The translations under genes and the position numbers were made by a program. Shown here in pieces: positions 54,207 to 64,000 of a stretch of 64,000 nucleotides of DNA; positions within the stretch are counted from its first letter, which is position 1; every line of letters begins with the position of its first letter. The notes beneath the pieces are model-generated. The model worked only from the letters and a program-made list of their open reading frames with translations, made no database searches and was not told where the DNA came from. Source of the DNA: the human T2T-CHM13v2.0 reference genome, Homo sapiens. The stretch lies in NCBI RefSeq assembly GCF_009914755.1, contig NC_060939.1; one strand, given 5' to 3'.

Positions 54207-56708
54207 CTGTGGGGAAACAAAATGGTTAAAGAGAAGCAGCAGCCCAGAGGGTGAGGGAGGCAGTGCAGAATGAGAAGACAATCTGGACCCCCGCAGCCAC
54301 TTCCTGGCTCCTGAGCTCACCGGGCTGCTGTATCGGCCCCAGCTGACACCAGCCAAATCACTCTGAAAGGGCACCAATGGCATAGGCACCACCCCCTCGG
54401 GCTGCCCACCACCAGACAGGGGCCGGGACTGGATCCGCAGTTTAGGACAGTCTCTCAGAGTCCCAGGGTCTTGGTCTTAGGGGTCAGCAGATAAAGAGGA
54501 AGGGGTGGGAGAGGCTAGCACTGCCCCTCTTCTGCCCCATCGTCTTCCCTCTGCTAGAACTGGAGCAGCTCCATGTTTAGCATCTCCATTTTTTAAAAAA
54601 AATCAGCTTGGCATGTTGAGCTCCCTCAACTGAGGGGTAAAAAGTTGGGGGAAAAGAAGTTTCCCTTCCTCCGCTCCCCTGCCCTCCCCTCCCTCCCTCC
54701 CCTCCTCTTCCCCTCTTCTTTTTTTTTTTTTTTTTTAACAAAAGACTTAGGACTTGAACACTAGATGGTTGCTGAGGTCACTCTAATCCCCAGAGTGGGG
54801 AGCCTTTCAGATCAGCCCGGGCCACAGTCCACCTCCCAAAGTGAATCAGCCACTGCAAACGAGGCAGAATCAAGGTCTTAGAGGCCCAGGCTCTGACCCC
54901 AGGCCAAGCAGCTGACTCCTGGGTGACCAACCCTGGTCACCCCAGTGTGCAAAGGCTACAGAACCCGTGTGGAATGGCAAACACATGTATATGCCCAATG
55001 ACATGTGGGTCTCCTTTGAAAGAAAACAGGGTCATAACTGGGCCCAGAGATCTGGGCATCACAGAGCCCACTGTCCTGGAAGTAAAGCTGCAGGCTCAGG
55101 GAAGAGCCGGTCCACATTCATTGTCAAGGTGGCCCAAGGGAAAGGGGCTCCTGTCCTGGCCAGAGCGCAAGAGCAGAGGCCTCTCAACAACAACCCTGCC
55201 CTTGCTTTCCTGGGAACCCAGCTCCTTCCCACCAAACCCCCAGAATGCTGAGACTCCTGATGTCGGAAGACTCGGTGCTTCCTCCTCATCATATGCGGCA
55301 CTCATGATTGTTACAATATTGTTGAAAATGTTAACTAGCACTTATTGATGTAATTCCCACTTAAGGAATAGTAAAGAGCAGGGCCTGAATTTCAAACCCA
55401 TCCTGACTGAATCCCAAGGCCGATGCCCTTGGCCTCTGCCTGCTCTGCTTCATAGGGAGGACAGGTTAAGTGGTGGGTTATCACAGGGGCAGGGTGGGTG
55501 GGATCCATCAGAAGTGGCGAGGGCCTGGGGTTGGAAGCCATGTCCGATTCCTTTCTGAATCCCCATTTGCCAGCGCAGTTCCTGGCATGCAGGAGGTACT
55601 CAAGTAATTTAATTGAAGGAATGAGGGAAGATTGAAGATGAGGGTCCGGTCATTCTCAGGTGCTCAAACTGTCTGGCTTTCTGGAAGATGGAACCTACTA
55701 TTATAAAAAATAATTGCTGCAATGACTTTCTGGCAAGTTCTGATTTGAATTCAGAACTCCCCGGACACCTTTGGAGTGGAGCAGGGAACCGTGGGCCTGG
55801 ACAGAGGTGGGAAGCTCTCCTTTGGGGCCAGGCAACAACAAAAGTTGTTAATCTCGGCTTGTGCAACCTAAAGGGCACAGATGTCAGCTGAGCCCACCCT
55901 GATGTCCAGGATCGCAACACCCCTTGGAGATCCCTGTGCTGTGCCATGTGTCCAGGAAAAGGACCACCCTGTGCTGGGTCGCAGCTCTCACAGCAGCAGC
56001 CACCCAACACAGGCTGGTCCTCTTCTTGGGCACGTATTAGTCAGATCGCTGGATCTCAGAATAGGAAGGAACCTCATTGGGCCCACTGGTGGCCATGAGA
56101 ACGGGCCCTGCAGACCTCCAACTGCAGAGAGTGTTATTGACTGAGGACCCCAGCTGCTGTGCTCTGAAATCCACAGCTGAGTCTGTGCTGAGGCTGCACT
56201 TCCTGTGACTGAGTGGGGCAGGGATACTGAGGCTGGCCCGTTCTGGGAGACGCGGGACTCCTGTGACAGCCAGCTTTGGCTGGAGGACCCTCCAAGGGCC
56301 TTGCAGACCACACGGTGGTCTGGGATGCTGCCGCCTGACCTTTCTTCCTCTCCCCACCCCTAGGGTCAGACTCGCTTCACGGCGTCACTGCTCTCCAGTC
56401 TTCCCCGGCTTCCTCCCCGTTTTTCCCTCACAGGTGTCTTGGCGTGGCTCTCAGAGGACGTGCTGCCCTAGGCAGGTTTGCCTCCAACACGAGGGTCTCA
56501 GCCATCCTCTAAAGGGTACACGGGAGACAATCCCACCACCTTCCTCCGTCATAGAGTCCGACACCTTATCGGTCTTCCAGCCCAAGGATACTCCCGCAGG
56601 TCTAACCTAATCCCCTGTGTGCAATGGAAGTCCTGACTCCCCTGAGGAAGAAAGAGAGCCAGGCATCAGCCAGGGCAGGGTGGGGCCCAGGAGAAGCCGA
56701 GCACCTAC

Positions 56709-56931
56709 CTCGTCCCCCAGGCAGGTCTCTATCAGCAGGCCCCAGAAGTCTGTAAAGGTGACCCTGTAGCCTTCCTGGCTGCGCTGCCGGAGCTCCTCCT
56801 GGAATTTGCGGAGCTGGTCTGGGAACAGGGAGGGTAGCTTGTCCTTTACCACATGTCTCCGAGCCTCAAAGATAGCAGGCTCCAAGTTTTTGGAGGACCA
56901 GTCAGGGTCACGGTACAAGGTAGCCATGGTC
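56709..56931 (-). CDS. PLA2G4E: PLA2G4E coding exon (223 nt)
   Basis: TTCCAG| (W)TMATLYRDPDWSSKNLEP...FTDFWGLLIETCLGDE |GTAGGT. Confidence 0.97.
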
Positions 56932-58498
56932 CTGGAAAGAGACAGGCACAGCTGATAGGGCTGACCCGGCCCCTGTCTGATGAGTCCTGGACCCGGGCAG
57001 GAGGGAAGGTGGGCAGGCCATTGAGAACCCTAACCTGCCAGGAGGGGAACCTGGAGAGTAGGGGTGAGGCAGAGGCCTGGCAGACAGTGAGGAGCAGGGG
57101 AGGTGAACATTATTACTCATAATCACAAGTGCTACCAGTTCTCAAATGCCCACTGTGTGCCAGGCATAACAGTGGTTAAGATGAAGATTCTGGATCCAGA
57201 ACTTTCTGGATCAAGCCAGGCTCTGTCGCTCACTAGCTGTGTGATCTTGGGCAAGCTACTTAATCACCGTTCCCTTCAGTTTTCCTGTCTGTGGAATGGG
57301 GAGAATTACAATAATTGTACCTGCTTCACAGAGTTCTGGTGAAGATTACATGAGTTAAGGTGATGTGGGGTAGCTAGAACAGTGCATGGCACAGAACAAA
57401 TGCTGGAGCCCACATTTAAACCCAGGCTCGACTGATTACAGGTCCTGGCTGTTTCTACTCTGCCATGTTAATTCCTATAATTCTGATGTTGACTGAGGAT
57501 TTATTTCCCTTTCTCTTCTTAACTTACATGTTGGTTGTCGGGGGGAGCAAAACAAAGAGGTGATCCCACTAGCCCTGGGTCTGGCCTCAGTCTGCCTCTT
57601 CTTGGCCTGGATCCAGCTTTTCTGCGTCAGGACAGGAAAGGGCCCTTTTCATTCTGCGCCTGAGAATGACCTCCCTGGCAGTGCAGCTAGTCTGCGGCTG
57701 CACATTTAAGGAAACAGGGGCCTCCTCCCTCACAGGACTTGCTTTTGGGAAGGTGGGAGGTGGTCAGGAGACTTTTCAACAAAAAGCACCCTGCTCTCCA
57801 TAAGCTTCACCCATTCATTTTATACTTTAAAAAAGCTTCCAGAAGCCATTGCAAATGAGTTTTTAAAAGAATACGACTTGTGCTTTCCCCAGGCCAGGGG
57901 ACCCCACCCATCCCACCCCGGCTGGGCCTGAGTTCCTCCTGCTATCTGTCTATCGCATAGTAGTCCGGGAGGACGCAGGTGCCCCTCAACCTGCTGGAAG
58001 CAAGTTACCTTCTTAACCTACTACCGGGGGCAGCCATTTAGCATGGAGGTTAAGGATGTGGGCCCGGGACTAGGTTCAAATTCTACTCCACTGCTCATTA
58101 ACTGAGTGTCCCTGGCAAATTACTCTGTTTCTCCAGCTGAAAAATAATGACAATGCCTCCCTCATAGTTTTTTGTGAGGAAGAAACAAGATGAGCCATAG
58201 GAAGCAGTGACTCCAGTGCTTAGCAAGAGGCAAATGTCTCCTTCTGTCTCACCTGGGCTGGCGCCTCTGCCCCCCGGGGGGGGTGTGTGGCACAGGAGCC
58301 CTTGGCTTTCCAAGGCCCATTCACATCCATTTGCTCACACGGGGGCTACCCAGAGCTCCTCCAGTATACAAGGCACAGCAAGGGACCTCAGGGCTCACAG
58401 GCCCACCAGTCACAGACAGGACACGGCCCTGCTTGATAGGCCACCCTGAACCAGGGCCACGCAGGGTTTTGATGGGCCCCACAAAAAATGTTTATATG

Positions 58499-58636
58499 TT
58501 TTTTATTTTTGTTTTTTTTAAAGACAAGTCCTCCCTATGTGGCCCGGCCTGGTCTTGAGCTCCTGGCCTCAAGCAAGCCTTCTGCCTCTGCCTCCCAAAG
58601 TGCTGGGATTACAGATGTGAGCCACCATACCTGGCC
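58499..58636 (-). mobile_element. FLAM / Alu monomer
   Basis: Reverse-complement Alu left arm. Confidence 0.8.
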
Positions 58637-58704
58637 ACATAAAAAATATTAAAATTTATATTTCATGCTGGCCACATAAAAAATATTAAAATTTATATTT
58701 CATG
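58631..58704. repeat. Perfect 37-bp tandem duplication
   Basis: CTGGCCACATAAAAAATATTAAAATTTATATTTCATG x2. Confidence 0.95.
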
Positions 58705-59332
58705 ACTGTTGTATAAAGACAAATGTATTCATATTATTTATTAAAACATTTTCTTCAACCTATAAGTTTGTTAATGAAATGATCCTGATTTTAAAAGAAA
58801 TTAACCTATTTTTGTGGGCCCCTAAAAGTACAGTGAGCCGCAGGCACTGTGCCTTCTGTGGGTAAGCTGACCTCACCCTGGCCTCCCTGTGGGGGAACCC
58901 AGTGCTCAGCCCCTGGCCCTGCTCACCAGCAGAGGGTGAGAAGGAGGGAGCTCAGCTGCAGGGCCCTGCCCGTTGCATGTCCCCAGCAGTATGGGGTCAT
59001 GTTCCTGGGTCCATACCACAGCCCCAGGGAAACAGTAACACCAGGAAAGGCCAGGGCATACAGTGTCTCTGGCATACTTAGTAGCGGGAGAGCGTCTTAC
59101 ACCCACCGCATGAGGTCAGAGCTACTGTTATCCGCACTGTGCAGATACACAAGCCGAGCCTCCAAGGAGTCAAGCTGCATGCCCAAGGCCACACCACTGC
59201 ATGTGGGGCACTTCCCAGGCTTCAGGAGTCACTTTGTCTTTGGGTGGCGGGGAGGAGCTTCACCTGAGACCCCAGGCCAGCCTGTTCGTGGCTTGCCCTG
59301 GGCTCCACAGACAGTGGCTCATGTCTCCTTAC

Positions 59333-59469
59333 CAGGTGGCCCCTGATAGACCAGTGATGTAGCTGGCACAGTCCAGGAGGTTCAGCTTCTGCAGCCCCAG
59401 CAGGTGGCCATACATGGAGGTCATGGATCTTGTTCCACCCCCAGTGGCCATGATGGCTATCAGCGGCAC
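59333..59469 (-). CDS. PLA2G4E: PLA2G4E coding exon (137 nt) with catalytic Arg (GGGTR) and nucleophile Ser (GLSG)
   Basis: CCCCAG| [45 protein letters not shown](W) |GTAAGG; Ser codon at 59346-59344. Confidence 0.97.
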
Positions 59470-60037
59470 CTGGGGTTACACAGAGGCAGGCGGTTGGGGA
59501 AGGCTCCAGAAGCAAAGCTTGGGAGAAGACTTAGAATGACGGCAACTTTGAAAGAACAATGGAGGAGGCAGAGCTGGCTACAGAGGGCAGGGAGTGCGGC
59601 GTTGAGCCACCTGACACCTGCCTTTCCACAGAGCAGTGGGTCTAGAAATAGACCTCAGCTCCACACCCAGAAGTTGGTGTCAGTGAAGGACTCTGAAGCC
59701 TAACACAGGCTTGGTAAATCACAGAAAGCTGTGGCTAGCAGAGTTCTTAGCACTGTTAGTCTAGCCCTCGGTTAACAGGTGATAAAACTGGGGTCCGAGG
59801 GTGGTGGGCAGCTTGTTCAAGAACCCTACTAATGTGCGATCCCTCAATGGGACAAACCAACATCTTCTGTAGCTGGATCTGAGGGAAGGCACCAGGCCTG
59901 GCACATGGTGCCTGCTCAGCAGGTACTGTACTGGCAAGGCCAAGAGTCAATGGACTGGTGATGTGGGAAGGAGCAGGGTTGCCAGCTCTGGGTCAGCAGA
60001 GGTTTAAGAGGCCCCTGGAATGTTTCCCTAAAGATAG

Positions 60038-60431
<394 letters not shown>

Positions 60432-61088
60432 CTATTACAAGTCCTCCTCGGGCACCCGCCAGGTCTCTGTCCTCACCTAGGGTCAGCCTCAGAAAGCAGG
60501 CGCTTGGAGGGCTTGCCTGCTGCCCAGGCGAGTGTGGGCCTTGGTCCACACAAGGGAGGCAACAGAGGGCTGTGACAGAGGCCCACCGTCTGCTCCCGTG
60601 GGAAGAAGGGGCGGTCTGGCCCTAGGAGTGCAAGTTGCTTCTCTCCAGCTTCCTAGCGCTGTTATTTCTGGGAGTGTGTTTACCTGTGCGGATTTGAGAG
60701 GAGAGACAATTGAGGAAAGAAGGACCTAAGGCCTTTTGGGTGGAGGTGTGGGGTGCAGAAGGTGGTACAGCTTAAAATGTTTTCCTGGCTGGGGTGAGGA
60801 GGGCATTTTATCCCTGAGTAAGGCCCCTTTAGCCACAGCAGGAACTCTTAGTGCTTGGGAGGAGGCGCTGGGGCTCTGTCCTTTCTGTCTCCATTTTGCT
60901 CTCCCCTTCTCTTGTGAATATAAAACAGAATCACTTCCAGCACAGCTCTCACCAGGGCGCCTGTACCTCAGCAGTAAAAGCATCCATGGAGGTGGCGCCT
61001 GGGGTAGGGCAGGGCCTGGGTTGGCTGGGAGGGCATGGTGCTGGAAGGACCAGCTGGGCCCAGGCTGGCCACATCCCTGATTACCCAC

Positions 61089-61224
61089 CTCGTCCTCCTG
61101 CAGGTCTTCCTCCAGCTGCAGCACCTGCTTCAGGGCCTTGGCCACCACGACCTTCCGCTTCTGCAGAAACTCCAGCTCTGCTGGGCACAGGCTGAAGCCC
61201 AGCCGCACGTCCAGTGTCTCAGGG
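61089..61224 (-). CDS. PLA2G4E: PLA2G4E coding exon (136 nt), start of catalytic domain
   Basis: CTCCAG| (C)[45 protein letters not shown] |GTGGGT; typical group IV PLA2 sequence. Confidence 0.96.
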
Positions 61225-62549
61225 CTGGAGGGAGAGAGGACCCTGTATTGGGCCTGCAGCCTCTACCTCCCTGGAGTAGACACAGCTTTAGGGTCCATTG
61301 GACCTAGGCTCAAAGCCTACTTCTGCCAGCGACCACTTCTGTGACCTTGGGTCTCCACTTTCCCATCTGTAAAGTGGGGCGAATCGTGCTGAACTCTCAG
61401 CACTGTCTTCAGCACTTAAAGAGATAACAAATGCAAAGCCCTCAAAGCCTTAGCTGGCACAATGCGAGCTGGTACTCAACAAAAGATAACTGTTGGCACT
61501 GTGTTAGGGACGCTTTGAGTCCTCTGTCTCCTCGGCCAGATCTGGAAAGTCCAGAAAGTCTTCCCCCAGGTGGCTTCTCTAGCCCAGGGCCAGGCATGGG
61601 TGACAAAAGGCGCTGAGATCATTTTGCCAAATCCCTCTGAACAAGGCCCCACGGTATGGACTCTTCTGTGCTAGGTAAACAAACTCCCTGTTCCTATGGA
61701 GCTCACGTTCTTCAATGAGCTCTTCCTGCTCCTAGAATAACAATTATTCTGTGTGTGTGTGCAATTGACAAAAACCATCCCATTCCTGATCTCATTGTGT
61801 CACCTCATAGTCTGCAGGCAGGTGGGGCAGGCACCTCTGTGACATGCACAATGCTTGTCCTCTTTTTTTTTTTTAATCACATCCCTGCCCCAAACAAGTC
61901 CAGGCTCCTGGCCTGGCATCCAAGACCCTGCCTGATCTTTCCAAGCTCACCTCAAACTACCCGCGAAACTTCTGGGTCAGGTCCCAGAGCTCCCAGAAGC
62001 AGTCCTGTTTCCGGGTCTTGGCACAGGCCCCTGCCTTCACCAGAAGTGTCTTCCCTTTGCCCACCTCCAGCCTGTGCATCCTCTGAGGCCCAGCTCCCCA
62101 GTGACTCCAGATGAATGTACCTTGACCATTTCCAACTGAGCCTTGGCTCACTGACAAAGCCACATCTCCTTGAAGGCTGGGCCTAGGAGATTTCCATCAT
62201 GTCTCCTCTTTGTCCAGCACAGGGCTGCAGACATGGCTGTTAGAAAATAATTCTTTCTTTGGCCTCAACAGGGAATGAATAATAATAATACAACAACAAT
62301 AATAACAATAACATTAGCTGACGTTTGCTGAGCATCCCACTTGCCAGATGGATTACTGAGTACTTCGCACGTGCTGTCTAGCTGGATCCTCAGAGCAACC
62401 CAGTGATGCACAGGATCCTTGTTATTCTCCCAATGTACAGATGAGGAAAACAGAGACTCAGTAAGGGCAAAAAGCTTTTCCAAGGGCAAATAGCTAATCA
62501 AACTGTCAATAGAAATCATGGCCACTTGATTTCTGACAATCAAGATTTC

Positions 62550-63455
62550 TGAAAACGATGTTGTTTTCAGCAGATGGTGCTGAGACATCTGGATATCCAC
62601 ATGCCAAAGAACGAGGTTGAGCCCCTCTTTTACACCATGTAGATTGATTACCTAAAAATTGATCATAGACCTAAATGTGAGAGCTAAAACTAAACAAGTC
62701 TTAGAAAAAAACATGGGAATATATTTTCAGGACTTTGGTCGGGCGCGGTGGCGCACGCTTGTAATCCCAGCACTTTGGGAAGCCGAGGAGGGTGGATCAC
62801 TTGAGGTCAGGAGTTCGAGACCAGCTGGCCAATACGGTGAAACCCCGTCTCTACTGAAAATACAAAAATTAGCCAGGTGTAGAGGTGTGCATCTGTAATC
62901 CCAGCTACTGGGGAGGCTGAGGCAGGAGAATCGCTTAACCCAGGAGGCAGAGGTTGCAGTGAGCTGAGATCACACCACTGCACTCCAGCCTGGGCGACAG
63001 TGAGACTCCATTTCAAAATAAAATAAAATAAAATAAAATAAAATAAAATAAAAATTTCAGGACATTGGATTAGGCAATGATTTCTGGTTTCTTAGATATG
63101 ACACCAAAAGCACAAGTGACAAGATAAAAAAACAAATTTCCTCAAAAGTAAAGTCCTTTGTGCTTCAAAGGACACCAACAAGAATGTGAAAAGATACGCC
63201 ATAGAATAAGAGGAAATATTTGCAAATCATATATCTGACAAGGGATTTGTATCTGGCATATGTAAAGCACTCTTACAACTTAACAATAAAAAAACACAAA
63301 TAACCCACATAAAAAGTGGGCAAAGGATCTAATAGAAATGTCTCCAAAGAAGATGATATGCCAGCCAGCCCATGGAAAGATGTTCAACATCATTAGCCAT
63401 AGGGGAAATGCAAATCAAAACCACAGTGAGATACCACTGCACACCCACTGCTATG
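62550..63455 (+). mobile_element. L1M-type ORF2 3' fragment, interrupted by an Alu
   Basis: GATCATAGACCTAAATGTGAGAGCTAAAAC and ATGCAAATCAAAACCACAGTGAGATACCA motifs. Confidence 0.8.
62737..63054 (+). mobile_element. AluS-type element with (AAAAT)n tail
   Basis: Dimer; TSD TTTCAGGAC. Confidence 0.92.
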
Positions 63456-63493
63456 AATAAGTGAGAGGCACGGACAGAATGCGGGTACTATAC

Positions 63494-63531
63494 CAGGGTG
63501 TAGACTTCATGTGTAATTCATAACTCTCACC
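63494..63531 (-). CDS. PLA2G4E: PLA2G4E small coding exon (38 nt)
   Basis: CCCCAG| GESYELHMKSTP(C) |GTATAG; phase 0-2 restores the frame with the next exon. Confidence 0.85.
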
Positions 63532-63886
63532 CTGGGGAGGGAAAGATGAAAAGCTTGTCAGAGGTGACAATTCAGAGCCAAGTGATCCCAGATCCACACT
63601 GTCCACCCAGACCCCACTCAGCACACACGTGCACACACAGGCGCTCCATCCCTGCCTCTCTCTTCTGGACACAATCTCCCCACCATCTTCAACTCAGCCT
63701 CCATACACTCTTTGGACCACACTGTAGCTCATCAGTCTCCTGCCCCACAAGACTCCTCCATCCTGCCTGAGAGAGACCCTCACGAGTCACATTCTCTCTT
63801 GTACCTCCCCAGGCTCTCCCCACCTCCCTACCACAGGAGCTCCAGGGGAAGTAAGTCAGGGGCCCTTCCCAGACTCAGGCACTCAC

Positions 63887-63970
63887 CACAGGCAGGGTCA
63901 TCACCTGACCATCGGAAAGGCAGTCGAGGGGCTGGCTGATGGGGCCCTTCTTGCGAGAGCGGCAGCAAAG
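63887..63970 (-). CDS. PLA2G4E: PLA2G4E internal coding exon (84 nt; 12th from last)
   Basis: CTCCAG| LCCRSRKKGPISQPLDCLSDGQVMTLPV |GTGAGT; phase 0-0. Confidence 0.85.
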
Positions 63971-64000
63971 CTGGAGGGATGGGTGGGTTCTGTGAGAGGG

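Overview
Hominoid DNA, most likely human 15q15 (Alu-rich, one SVA, translated exons match my recollection of the human proteins). It carries two minus-strand genes in tandem. (1) PLA2G4E (cPLA2-epsilon), 3' part: 12 coding exons from 63970 down to the TAG at 47725, with the catalytic Arg/Ser/Asp motifs, one GC-AG intron and a ~2.2 kb 3'UTR ending after AATAAA at 45575-45570. (2) EHD4, 5' part: CpG-island promoter and coding exons 1-3 (36466-36231, 17910-17734, 7133-7036); the gene continues beyond base 1. All exon boundaries were checked by hand for splice dinucleotides and phase continuity. The rest is intronic or intergenic: about 27 Alu/FLAM copies, a truncated SVA, and L1, MIR, LTR and DNA-transposon fragments. 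Most entries in the ORF track are spurious. The most unusual features are: a 91-bp inverted local-template insertion with a fold-back junction inside an Alu; a (TTAGGG)6 interstitial telomeric array; a 34-bp loxP-like palindrome; a minisatellite apparently born from a tiny L1 3' end; a G-rich tandem array starting at a PLA2G4E splice donor; and an Alu-flanked symmetric exon 2 that could circularise into a stop-free ORF. I see no evidence for a new multi-gene system.
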